IMG/VR virus record: IMGVR_UViG_3300039180_001123
Location: 1-44,811 of that record
Source: a virus
Taxonomy: Duplodnaviria; Caudoviricetes
Reading direction: 5' to 3' (one strand)
Length of the DNA stretch: 44,811 nt
The translations under genes were made by a program, and so were the position numbers. Below the pieces are notes generated by a model, which saw only the letters and a list, made by a program, of their open reading frames with translations, was not told the origin of the DNA and ran no database searches. How positions within the stretch are numbered: position 1 is the first letter of the stretch; the number at the start of each line of letters is the position of its first letter. This document shows positions 20,352 through 30,099 of this stretch, in pieces.

Positions 20352-20359
20352 AATAAATA
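20352..20359 (-). promoter_or_regulatory. Late-motif variant TATTTATT upstream of the resolvase
   Basis: Lies in the 25-nt intergenic gap, one mismatch from TATTTATA. Confidence 0.4.
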
Positions 20360-20365
20360 GTAGTA

Positions 20366-23300
20366 TTATCTGTCAAACTTAACAACAAACGTCATATCCA
20401 CGTTTTTAAGCTTAGGTACAGGTTTTGCTAATTTCGCTATCGCTAACAATCTTCCGTAATCATCATATAACCCGATTGTTGTAATGTATGGGTTGAATTC
20501 CGGTTTAGTAGCAAAGTCAGCTAATTCTTGGACTGATAGTATATCGCCACACGTATTAGCTGTTGTTTTACGTAGAGTCGGATTAGTAGATAAATTAAAG
20601 TCAGAAGCTTTAGCTTTACATAAAATCTTCTGTTCGTAAAGTTCACGAGTGTTTTTAAATTTTAAATTAAATTTATTCGAGAATAAAGCTTGACCATTTG
20701 AATCAAATTTATTACCGCTGTTACCGATAGTTGCTGTCCCTTGATGTAATGAGCCAGAAAAATACTTTATTAAGTGATTGTTAGTTAGCGTTACAATACC
20801 GTGCTCATAGAATACATTACCAGCTTTATTAGATTGATAAGCAGTAGGTGAGTTTAAATTATTATCGTATAAAGAGAGTACATTTTGTGCAGTTGCAGGA
20901 GTATTATAAAATCTAATCTCATCTAGTGAACCACTAAATGGATTTTTTGGAGATATAAAGTTACTCTCTATACTAGATATTAAGTTAGAGCCCGTTACCC
21001 ATGACTTACCATTATCACCTAGAAATATATCACTATTATTTGCTGTGCATTCTAAGTTGTCGAATGTCTGACTGTCTAATTTTCCATTTATCCATATTTC
21101 AAGTGATGTACCTGATTTGATTATTACTACATGGTTTTCAATTAAAGGTACGAGTGATGATTTTGATTCTAGAAATACTGCTCCTGTTACCCCTTTTCTG
21201 CGGATTACAATAGTATTAAGGGGTGCACCTTGAGGACAACCATTACCTGGTTCAAACACCTTACCATCTTTTTCACGTGACGTATTTTTTAATTCTATAT
21301 GATACGGGTAATTACTCTCTGCTTCAATTCCTTGAATTAGGTTCGGAACTACTTCCCCTGTTGCTGCGTTTATTAACGTCTGACTAATTAACCCTGATTT
21401 AGTTATTAATGTAACATAATCTCTACCTGCAGTTGAGCCGGATGGGTAGTTCACACACGGTGCTGAAGTACCACCAGCATTACCACCCATTCCTGTTGTC
21501 GGGTATAGTGCTCCTGACCCAGTTATTGTATTAATTCCTGGTATCTGATTTTCAGGAATTTTAATCCAGAAGCTAATGGTGAATCCATCCTCAGTATCAA
21601 GATTCAAATCTGATATATGTGGTATCTTTACACTTCCACTGTTATTAAAACTTGCACGTATTCCAGTAGGTATATCAGTTTGATAATAATTTGTAGATTC
21701 TGCAGATCTACTAGATCCGCTTTGTTGCTGTACAGCTATTCCAGGTATAAATTTAACTTTATCAGATACACCATCATTTTTATTAGTGCTATAATCTTTA
21801 ATTATAGTTTTACCTAATCCTTGATGGCTCACTAAATCACTAGATGAACTTGTTCTATTTTTTACAGTATATAGTTCGTTAAATCCATAATACCCGACTA
21901 GATTCTGTGAGTTAAGAAAGCTGGAGGATATTATAGCAGTATCGATTAAATTTCCATACCCATCATCGATAATATTAAATGAAGCTGTTACAGGAGGTGT
22001 GTACCTCAAATCCATTGATGGATTATGGAACAAATGATCTATATGAGTATCTGTTAATGCAGATTCATAATACCGTACATCGTCAATCGATCCAGTGAAG
22101 GCTCCGAATATAGTATTAGATGTTGGACTATTACCTAAGTCACCCTCTGTTGAGACAGATCCTGAAGCTCCTATGTAGCAGCTTCTATTATGCTGCGCTG
22201 AGCTTGATATAGCTCGAGTTGGTAAGTTTGTCCAATGTGGTTGAGCTCTAGATGCTGTTGCGTATCCAATCCGTTTAATATGTGTATACCCGTTAACTGC
22301 ATCTTCATCTGGTCGATAAATATGCAATGTAGTTTTAGCTGCTGAGTGACCCCATGGTGGTAGCTGCTCGTACTGTGAACCAGATGTTCCTGTGTATACT
22401 CCTGGCCAGAATTCTTGTTGTAGTGATATTAAATTCCACTCACCTGCTGCTAACCCGAAGCCTGCTGCTGTAGCTGCTCGACTTTCAGATGTAGTGCAAT
22501 TGCTACCAGTAGCTCCCCAGAACATCTGTAGAGGTAGTAGCTTTTTTGGATTATTTATATTATCCTGTAGTGAGCCTGTTAGTATATTGAGTTCAAAATA
22601 TGTATTTCTATCGCGAGTTATTAGATGCTGTACACCTGGAGCTTTTGTTACCCCGTTTGGCATACTAATAGGATCTGGTGGTTTTACCCACATAGTAATA
22701 TTATACGCTGGTATTCCGTCTGCAGTTGTTGCAGCTGGTGTGCCCCAGTACCCTTCAGGAGTTTTTACTGTACCCTTAAACTCTGATCCATGCTTTAATC
22801 GTATACCATTACCTGTATTATGATGTACTGTTACATTGTCAACAGTAACAGAATCATATGTAGGTACCTTAAATAGCATGCTACCGGATCCAACTTTACC
22901 AGAACCTGTTATTACCATATGCTCTACAGTATCACCAGGTCGAGCTGGGATTAAATCTAATTGACCTTCTACAGAGTTTGTATACCTACTAGTACTAGTT
23001 TCAAATTTATAATGATCAACTAATGCTACTGGGGTGTTGTATACTGTGGTGTGTTGAGTGGTGTTGATAGCTCGTTCATACGTTATCGGTATTGATCTGA
23101 TATACCCATCTGTTATGTTAACAGATTCTGGTTTTATACGTAAATCAAATAATGTGGATGGTATAGATATAACGTGTGCAATATTTTGAAGGTCGCGAGT
23201 TTCTTTTTCAGGTATATTTCCACCAAAATTTTCTGAAGGTTTATCTGCTCGTTGATAGTATAAATGATTTACACTATCCCATATCATAGCTTTATAAGTT

Positions 23301-23503
23301 CCGTTAGGATTTGTAGCTTCATTGTTTATGTGTACTCCATTTATAGGGTCACCGAAGCTATGAGAGTGAAATACTCCACTTAAAAACTGTACCCCATAGC
23401 CGTAGCTACCTGTATGGTTAAGAGGTGTTATATTATAATCCTTATACACATTGAATGGTGTGATAGAATTATCGTTGACGTCTATTTTTTTAAATACTGA
23501 CAT
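20366..23503 (-). CDS. Virion structural protein (1045 aa) with two LamG/concanavalin-like domains and a conserved baseplate/collar-type C-terminus
   Basis: LamG-type motifs ITMWVK...FTGSIDDVRYY and FTISFWIK...HVVI...IWINGKL...FSGSLDEIRFYN. The C-terminal PYITTIGLYDDYGRLLAIAKLAKP is paralogous to the C-terminus of the 428-aa neighbour. Confidence 0.75.
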   Translation of the reverse strand: MSVFKKIDVNDNSITPFNVYKDYNITPLNHTGSYGYGVQFLSGVFHSHSFGDPINGVHINNEATNPNGTYKAMIWDSVNHLYYQRADKPSENFGGNIPEKETRDLQNIAHVISIPSTLFDLRIKPESVNITDGYIRSIPITYERAINTTQHTTVYNTPVALVDHYKFETSTSRYTNSVEGQLDLIPARPGDTVEHMVITGSGKVGSGSMLFKVPTYDSVTVDNVTVHHNTGNGIRLKHGSEFKGTVKTPEGYWGTPAATTADGIPAYNITMWVKPPDPISMPNGVTKAPGVQHLITRDRNTYFELNILTGSLQDNINNPKKLLPLQMFWGATGSNCTTSESRAATAAGFGLAAGEWNLISLQQEFWPGVYTGTSGSQYEQLPPWGHSAAKTTLHIYRPDEDAVNGYTHIKRIGYATASRAQPHWTNLPTRAISSSAQHNRSCYIGASGSVSTEGDLGNSPTSNTIFGAFTGSIDDVRYYESALTDTHIDHLFHNPSMDLRYTPPVTASFNIIDDGYGNLIDTAIISSSFLNSQNLVGYYGFNELYTVKNRTSSSSDLVSHQGLGKTIIKDYSTNKNDGVSDKVKFIPGIAVQQQSGSSRSAESTNYYQTDIPTGIRASFNNSGSVKIPHISDLNLDTEDGFTISFWIKIPENQIPGINTITGSGALYPTTGMGGNAGGTSAPCVNYPSGSTAGRDYVTLITKSGLISQTLINAATGEVVPNLIQGIEAESNYPYHIELKNTSREKDGKVFEPGNGCPQGAPLNTIVIRRKGVTGAVFLESKSSLVPLIENHVVIIKSGTSLEIWINGKLDSQTFDNLECTANNSDIFLGDNGKSWVTGSNLISSIESNFISPKNPFSGSLDEIRFYNTPATAQNVLSLYDNNLNSPTAYQSNKAGNVFYEHGIVTLTNNHLIKYFSGSLHQGTATIGNSGNKFDSNGQALFSNKFNLKFKNTRELYEQKILCKAKASDFNLSTNPTLRKTTANTCGDILSVQELADFATKPEFNPYITTIGLYDDYGRLLAIAKLAKPVPKLKNVDMTFVVKFDR

Positions 23504-23521
23504 ATTGTAATGGTTTATATA

Positions 23522-23559
23522 ATATAAAACCCTCTATAATAAATATAAAGGGTTTATAT
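23522..23559 (-). terminator. Hairpin (possible intrinsic terminator) whose loop region holds the late motif ATATTTATT
   Basis: Minus-strand RNA AAACCCUUUAUA-UUUAU-UAUAGAGGGUUU followed by a U-rich run, located downstream of the 428-aa stop. Confidence 0.45.
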
Positions 23560-23586
23560 AAACTGTACTATCTCTGTAAATTACCT

Positions 23587-24873
23587 TTAAAAGTCAAGTT
23601 TAATTTTAATTAATGATTCTCTATCAAAAGATTTAAGAAGAGGTTTACTTAATTTAGCTGTTGCTAATAACTCTTGTTTATCATTATATAAACCTACTGT
23701 TGTAATATATGTTTTTGGATCTTTAATCATTGATGCATGCCTTAGCGCTCCCAATGAACCTGTTGTAAATGTTGGGTTGTTACTGAAGTTGTAATCTGCA
23801 TTCTTAACCCTAATATAATAGAAGGTTGAAGTAACTTCTTCTTCACTACGAGCTTGGAACCCGTATGTAGAGTTATGTGCTGCAGCTCCAGATATAGCTG
23901 AGAATAGTGTTTTGTTAAATTGATTATTAGTATTAGATGCAGTCATCACTCCTACTGGTCTAATACCTCGTTGAGCTAATCTACCAGGATTTAATACCAC
24001 TATCCCGAGATCAGGATAAACTAATCCGTAACCACCTTTACTATATCCATTAGCATTAGTAGCTGTTGTGTCAGAGGCTAATTCACCGTTTGCGATTGTA
24101 CCACTAACAACACTATATACCCTTAAACCGTCTTTAATAGTAGCGCTTGATCCACCACTGTTATCGATAAGCTTAGTTATAGAGTGTCCACCTTGAGTAT
24201 TAGTCATACCGTCACCTAATACACCAGGTGTGTGACTTCCACTTAATACAAGTTCCCAATTACCTGGATCTAACTTCTCTTTAAGGCGAGCTCTTTGTAT
24301 GTTTAAAACATATACATGCTGTTCATCAACTGATCCAGCAAATGTGAATGTTGTATCACCAGGAGGTAGAACTAAATTAGCGTACTGTGTATATACTGCT
24401 TTAGTTGGATAATCTTCATTAGTTAGTAAACTACCACTACCTTGCTTGTTACCATATGCAATTGCATACTGTACGGATGTACCTGCTGCTGTTGATGCAC
24501 TGTTATATACATTCCAGTAATACCTTCCACCGTTTGAACCTGTCTGTGCTGAAGATGTGTATGATGTAATTAGTTCACCTGAACCGTTTGACCATAACCC
24601 TGCAGTAACCTTTTCCTTTCGATTAGATATAATATCATTACCTGGATCAAATCTAGAGTAAATCTTACCCGTAGTAGTTTTTTGAGCTAAAGAATCCCTC
24701 TCTCTAACTATTTGATTAGCTAATTTTGAAGCTTCTCGTAATATTGCCCCTCTTGCAGAATCAGCTGTTGATGGTAATCCATCAGCTTGCCGTTTTTCTT
24801 CCTTTAGCTGATTTCGAATTGCCTCAACTTCTGCAATTTCCTTTTCTATTTGCGCTTTTGTTTTATTAGCCAT
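23587..24873 (-). CDS. Virion structural (baseplate/collar-type) protein, 428 aa
   Basis: RARLKEKLDPGNWEL, GLVYPDLGIVVL, FNFSNNPTF and YITTVGLYNDKQELLATAKLSKPL are shared in outline with the 1045-aa neighbour. Structural gene context. Confidence 0.7.
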   Translation of the reverse strand: MANKTKAQIEKEIAEVEAIRNQLKEEKRQADGLPSTADSARGAILREASKLANQIVRERDSLAQKTTTGKIYSRFDPGNDIISNRKEKVTAGLWSNGSGELITSYTSSAQTGSNGGRYYWNVYNSASTAAGTSVQYAIAYGNKQGSGSLLTNEDYPTKAVYTQYANLVLPPGDTTFTFAGSVDEQHVYVLNIQRARLKEKLDPGNWELVLSGSHTPGVLGDGMTNTQGGHSITKLIDNSGGSSATIKDGLRVYSVVSGTIANGELASDTTATNANGYSKGGYGLVYPDLGIVVLNPGRLAQRGIRPVGVMTASNTNNQFNKTLFSAISGAAAHNSTYGFQARSEEEVTSTFYYIRVKNADYNFSNNPTFTTGSLGALRHASMIKDPKTYITTVGLYNDKQELLATAKLSKPLLKSFDRESLIKIKLDF

Positions 24874-24889
24874 TTTGTTTCCCTATATT

Positions 24890-25558
24890 CTATAAACTAC
24901 CACCAGATGTAGCTACTTGTTGCTTGTTAACAACCACTTGAACAGTTACTCGACCACCCGTCTCATTACCTATAATAGTTAAAGTAGCAGTTTTATTTTC
25001 GATTGGTTGATTTTTAGCGACTACTCGGAAGCTAAATCCTACTGCAGTTACAGATTGTGCTGATTCATCATCCCCTACAAATGTAGGAATAGTTGCTCCT
25101 TGCATCAGTAAACTTTTTACTGCAGAACTTACCTCTAAGAACGCTACATCAGAATTACTCAAGATAGCAGTATATCCTAATGTTGAATTTCCTCCTTCAA
25201 AGTTAGATGTATTTGGTTTAATCTCTACAGCATCACCTCCAGCTACCAATGTAACTGATGATTGTGCCACAGTAATAACAGGTATACGTGTAGTGCTCTT
25301 TCTTAAAGAAACTAACTTATACTTCATTGTCTGTGTTTCGTCTGGAATAGCTTCTATTAACGGCATATTGTCAATAGCTATACCGTAAAAATTTGTACCT
25401 AATGAGTGAGCTGGATTCCATAATCCGTAATCTACTTCATCATCTGCTAAAGCAAATTGTGTTATTTTAAAGTCATCTGCTCCTTTAGCTAAGACTTCAC
25501 GTCCTTTCTTAGTTAAAATAGCGTCGACTGTTATTGATGTATTGTCTAAATATCCCAT
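24890..25558 (-). CDS. Virion structural protein (222 aa) with a tail-collar-like N-terminal motif
   Basis: DAILTKKGREVLAKG...FKITQFALADDEVDY resembles the N-terminus of P2 gpH/DUF3751-type domains. Ig-like C-terminus. Preceded by an SD and the late motif. Confidence 0.65.
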   Translation of the reverse strand: MGYLDNTSITVDAILTKKGREVLAKGADDFKITQFALADDEVDYGLWNPAHSLGTNFYGIAIDNMPLIEAIPDETQTMKYKLVSLRKSTTRIPVITVAQSSVTLVAGGDAVEIKPNTSNFEGGNSTLGYTAILSNSDVAFLEVSSAVKSLLMQGATIPTFVGDDESAQSVTAVGFSFRVVAKNQPIENKTATLTIIGNETGGRVTVQVVVNKQQVATSGGSL

Positions 25559-25587
25559 TGTATTATCCTCTGTATAATTTATCTACA

Positions 25588-25597
25588 TATAAATATG
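25588..25597 (-). promoter_or_regulatory. Putative late promoter motif CATATTTATA
   Basis: Exact 10-nt match to the copies at 9751 and 35464, in an intergenic gap. Confidence 0.65.
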
Positions 25598-25620
25598 GTA
25601 AATGTAAAAAACCTGTGTTA

Positions 25621-28600
25621 TTATTCAATTGTTAAGTTACCTCCAAATCCAGCATCTGAATTTATAAGTATGTTTGGATCCCCTATGGTGAAAGATACTA
25701 CTGGTTCACGTGAATCATCTGAGCTGTTTATGTTGAAATCGATAGCTGAAATTTGTGTTCCTTGATATCGTCTATTCTCTAGATTATAATCACTTACTTG
25801 CGCAGGCTTCAGTGATTTACTGTATGCAAATAAGTTAACTGAACCTCCGTCTTCGTATGATTTTCCAAATGATGAGCTTTTAGCTCCATCTTTTAATTTA
25901 GCTGTTCCGTGTGATACATCTCCAGCTTTATACTCAATACTAGCAGAGTAATAATGATATACATTTGTCATCCTCGTTACAGATGGTGTATATTCACTAA
26001 TGTGTTGTAAGCTAGCAGAGGCTTTATAATCAGGTGTACTAACTGTAATTGGAGTATTAACCCCTTTTGGAGAGAATAAGCTTTTGAAACTATATGTCGA
26101 TCCAGCTGTTTTACGGGTTACACTTACGCTACCATTAATACCATCAGAAGATTGATTACTGAGGTGTGATGGTACGTTACTAGCGTTAACCTGCGTTACT
26201 ACATGAGTTCCTTTTGCAACCGAATCCTTATTCTCATTACTTAATCTAAAAATAGATTTTCCTGCAGGGGATTTAATTATAGCAGGTATTACTGTAGTTA
26301 CAGGTCCTTGCGTTATATTTGTTGATACCACTTGAGGTGCACCGGAGATTTTATTTAACAATGCATTACCCGTTGATGTTACTGTTATAGGTTTAATTTT
26401 AGCAGTAATTACTTGCGGTTGTAGTGTAAACCCGACTTGTACTACCTGTGGTTTAGCTGATTTAATAGTGGTAGCTTGCTTTACTTTTATAAATGACTTT
26501 ACATCAGTTGCTATGTTCTGAGGTTTTGTATCTCCAGTTATTGTTAGCTTACCTCTACTTCTAGCTTTTGATCGTTCAAGAAAATGCGGTTCTATTATTA
26601 CACCTAGTGTTGAGTTAGCTCGTGCTGGTAAGTGCTTATGTATCATAGTAAACATAGACATATCATACTGCTTTAACTCGTTTAAATATGTAGCTTTATT
26701 ATTATCACCGGTATATTTTTTCCAGTAGCTATTATTTAATATATGCAGGCTTGAGTAGTTATCACTGTTTGCTTCTTGAGGATCCCCTATATAGTTATCA
26801 AGTTGCTGACCACCTATATGGTTAAAAATATCATCATTAACTTGATCAGTTGGTGAAAAGTATACACCAAGATTGTTGCTATCTAGAGCGTATTTATCAG
26901 AACTTGGCGCTTCAGCTCTACCCTCACTACTCAAGTGACGTATTAACTTGTTTTCCTCTATGCGGATTTTATTACTGGTATAATTATTAGGACCAAGTTC
27001 AGGTGTATCAATATAGCTATTCTGCTCTACGTAACCATAGTTAGCGAAATTAGGGAAGTTAAATGCAGTACCTGATACTATGTGAGTTTTAAAAGTGTCC
27101 CAATATTTACCAGTGTGTTGATTAGGTTGCGTGCTTGATATAATTACTGAGGCTGAGTTTGAATTCATACCCGCACTACCTGACCAGTGATTTTTCTTTT
27201 CAGATAATTTAAGTCTAAGTAATAATTCGCTATAACTATCAGTACCTATATTAGATGAATACATCTCTGGAGCTAGTACGTGATTTATAAGAGTAGAGGA
27301 GCTTAATGCGTTTGCATAATATCTAAGTTCTTGAATCGACCCGTTAAATGTATCCCCGAATGATCCATGCATAGATAAATTATATGACGCTGGATTACTA
27401 GCGGTTACAAATCCTCCTAAATAAGCTGTTTTCAGACTAGGTAAACTACCTGACCATGAATTATTTATGGATGCCGATGTATATCCGTTATCTTGACCTT
27501 TGCCTATACCGCTTGATGTCACTCGTAAGCTACAAGATACATGTTGATCTACTGTACCATATTCAGCTCGTACTGCAGATAATTCATATTCAAATCTACT
27601 ACTACTATGATTAGCGTTAACTGTTGACCCTAATTTCCTGTTAAGTAATAAGGTCCACCACCCTTGACCAGACTCTTTTTTATTAGTTTTTTGAAATATT
27701 TTAGCTTTACCTGTTTTAACATGAACATAACCATCTGGTGACATCTGGTTTGCATTAACTGAGGTTGCAGTACGTGATTGTGACATCACAAGTTCGAAGT
27801 GACCAAACTCTGTCAATCCTTCAGGTTGTCCGTTTACCTTTTTAGTATTCGAGTGACTCCTATGTAGTATGATACCCATATCGTTATTAACTTGCCATAG
27901 TGATTGACTAAACGATGCTATTGGGGAATTAATACCTTGAGGTGTAGGGTTCGGCCAGACTCTAAGCTCTACAGCGTTTGGAGTAGTTGCAGTAGGTGTT
28001 AATGCACTCACTACATCTTTATGCGGTGCCCATTTAGTTGCTATCGATTGACTAGTGAAGTTTAAACAATATGTAAACTTATGATCTTTATATCTTGTTA
28101 CCTGTTCTGAACGCTTACTTGAGCCATACTCATTAATAGGTAGTATATGTTCAGGTATACCGTAACAGTTAATTATACCTCTTACCCCTGCAGCTGTTCC
28201 TTTTGCTTTTAGTAAAAATGGTAGGTTTGTAACAATACGTTTCCAAACCTCCGATGTGCGCTGTTTACTTGATAATGTTTTTATTGGATTAGCAGGATTG
28301 TTTTGAGTAACTATACCTTGACTACTTTGCCCTAACCTGTAGTGCCATAGCTCTTGATTAGGATCACCTTCAACTAAATTCATTCCATATGATTTTCCGA
28401 TATGGTAAATTACATCGTCAGAAACACCTACTTTATTCTCATAATTTGTATTTTGTAGTCGAGAGTTTAATTTAGTAAAGTACTTTGTATATGTCCAAGA
28501 TACATCATGTGATTGACCTACGAGATCTAAAAATCTCAAGTAGGTTTCATTTTGCTCCTTACCAGTGTCGCTTAAATACTGTGGTACTGTTTTTTGTAAT

Positions 28601-30099
28601 ATGTTTGGATTCTGTTTATCAAATGCACTAGATGATGCTACTGTATCTGCGATCCATGTACTAGCTTCTGCATTTTTTAAACTTAATAGCTCGTAATTAG
28701 GTCCAGGGATGAATATACTATGCACTGCCCAATCAAATATTTGATCTAAATTCCAGTCTAAGTAATCCTCTGTCCATAAATCATTTTTAAATGAACCTGA
28801 CAGTTTAGGATAAGGTTGAAGGGATGATCTTGACCAATCCCTAGCACCACCACCTCTTGAACCGCTACTAGTACTATATTTTGCTTTTGATCCGCTTTCA
28901 AAATATAACCACTTTTCAAAGTCATCAAAATTATTAATGAGAGTTACTTTCTTATCTACCCAAGTTTTTTGATACTTCTTTACGTATTTAGAGCCATGTG
29001 AACCGGTATATTCATAAATATATACATCACTAGCTGGGTATTCACTATACTCATACTTCCTAGCTTGGTTATCAAAATTACGTATCTGCTTTAATTTATA
29101 TATAAAATTCTGCACCCTCGCTTCAGCTGAGCTAAAGTGTACGAAGTTTTCTAAAACGCTGTAATCAATATTTAATCGTACACCATCTAGACTTGAGCTG
29201 AAGTTATTTATTAGATTAGATTGTACGTCACTGTCGCTACCTAATACATCACTATAGCTTTTATATTCAGATTGTACACGAGGTGCTTCGTCTAGGTCTA
29301 GATCGAAATTAGCTCCCCTCACTGTGTTACTTGAAAACTCTATCTCTGAATCTAACTGAACTTGATTTATAGCTGGTTGAGTGGCTTCAGCTACTAACCA
29401 ACCAATCTGATCTGGTGTTATATTTAGCGGGAGAGGGTTTAATAATTTAAGAAGTATAGTCTCTGGTTGATCACTTGTAAGTGGGAATATATCATCTATT
29501 ACCCATGCTGTTATAAGGTGTATTCTATTAAACCCGAAGTTTATTGACATGTTAGTCCATAACGGATTGTTTGGTATAGCGGATACATTGTATGGAGCTT
29601 GCACAGTTGATGTAGTTTTAAGTTTTTGAAACCTACTATAGAATGTTTCAATAAGCTCGTCACTCGTATCGTCTTCTAATAAATCAGTGGCTATCAGTCG
29701 CACTTCTGTACGCGATTTACTAATTGCTTCTACTTTAAATTTAGGACCAATTGGAGCTCCAGCTGCATCTCTATGAAAATTATAAACCACATTAAATACA
29801 CCTTGATTATATCCTGCATCACGGAGATCTGCATTTATATTTATGTTTGCTTGAGGTGCACCGTCACTATCCGAATCTATCGACCAGCCGTCAACTTTAT
29901 GATTAGATGAGAGTAGATTTTTATCAATATCATAAACGTGTAGCTCTACTCTATCAAATTCACTAATACCGAATGATGGACTCTGTAGGTATCCGTTTAT
30001 TGGATCGAGTAGGTGTAGTTTATTTGATGTATAGTATTGAGCTCGTAATTCTCCGTTTACAACTCCTATATCACCAGTATTACTGTAATCTAACGCCAT
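25621..30099 (-). CDS. Large baseplate wedge-like structural protein (1492 aa)
   Basis: WKRIVTNLPFLLKAKGTAAGVRGIINCYG resembles the KGT motif of P2 gpI/T4 gp7-type wedge proteins. Internal LamG-like segment (FNGSIQELRYY). Lies downstream of the gp6-like gene. Confidence 0.65.
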   Translation of the reverse strand: MALDYSNTGDIGVVNGELRAQYYTSNKLHLLDPINGYLQSPSFGISEFDRVELHVYDIDKNLLSSNHKVDGWSIDSDSDGAPQANININADLRDAGYNQGVFNVVYNFHRDAAGAPIGPKFKVEAISKSRTEVRLIATDLLEDDTSDELIETFYSRFQKLKTTSTVQAPYNVSAIPNNPLWTNMSINFGFNRIHLITAWVIDDIFPLTSDQPETILLKLLNPLPLNITPDQIGWLVAEATQPAINQVQLDSEIEFSSNTVRGANFDLDLDEAPRVQSEYKSYSDVLGSDSDVQSNLINNFSSSLDGVRLNIDYSVLENFVHFSSAEARVQNFIYKLKQIRNFDNQARKYEYSEYPASDVYIYEYTGSHGSKYVKKYQKTWVDKKVTLINNFDDFEKWLYFESGSKAKYSTSSGSRGGGARDWSRSSLQPYPKLSGSFKNDLWTEDYLDWNLDQIFDWAVHSIFIPGPNYELLSLKNAEASTWIADTVASSSAFDKQNPNILQKTVPQYLSDTGKEQNETYLRFLDLVGQSHDVSWTYTKYFTKLNSRLQNTNYENKVGVSDDVIYHIGKSYGMNLVEGDPNQELWHYRLGQSSQGIVTQNNPANPIKTLSSKQRTSEVWKRIVTNLPFLLKAKGTAAGVRGIINCYGIPEHILPINEYGSSKRSEQVTRYKDHKFTYCLNFTSQSIATKWAPHKDVVSALTPTATTPNAVELRVWPNPTPQGINSPIASFSQSLWQVNNDMGIILHRSHSNTKKVNGQPEGLTEFGHFELVMSQSRTATSVNANQMSPDGYVHVKTGKAKIFQKTNKKESGQGWWTLLLNRKLGSTVNANHSSSRFEYELSAVRAEYGTVDQHVSCSLRVTSSGIGKGQDNGYTSASINNSWSGSLPSLKTAYLGGFVTASNPASYNLSMHGSFGDTFNGSIQELRYYANALSSSTLINHVLAPEMYSSNIGTDSYSELLLRLKLSEKKNHWSGSAGMNSNSASVIISSTQPNQHTGKYWDTFKTHIVSGTAFNFPNFANYGYVEQNSYIDTPELGPNNYTSNKIRIEENKLIRHLSSEGRAEAPSSDKYALDSNNLGVYFSPTDQVNDDIFNHIGGQQLDNYIGDPQEANSDNYSSLHILNNSYWKKYTGDNNKATYLNELKQYDMSMFTMIHKHLPARANSTLGVIIEPHFLERSKARSRGKLTITGDTKPQNIATDVKSFIKVKQATTIKSAKPQVVQVGFTLQPQVITAKIKPITVTSTGNALLNKISGAPQVVSTNITQGPVTTVIPAIIKSPAGKSIFRLSNENKDSVAKGTHVVTQVNASNVPSHLSNQSSDGINGSVSVTRKTAGSTYSFKSLFSPKGVNTPITVSTPDYKASASLQHISEYTPSVTRMTNVYHYYSASIEYKAGDVSHGTAKLKDGAKSSSFGKSYEDGGSVNLFAYSKSLKPAQVSDYNLENRRYQGTQISAIDFNINSSDDSREPVVSFTIGDPNILINSDAGFGGNLTIE

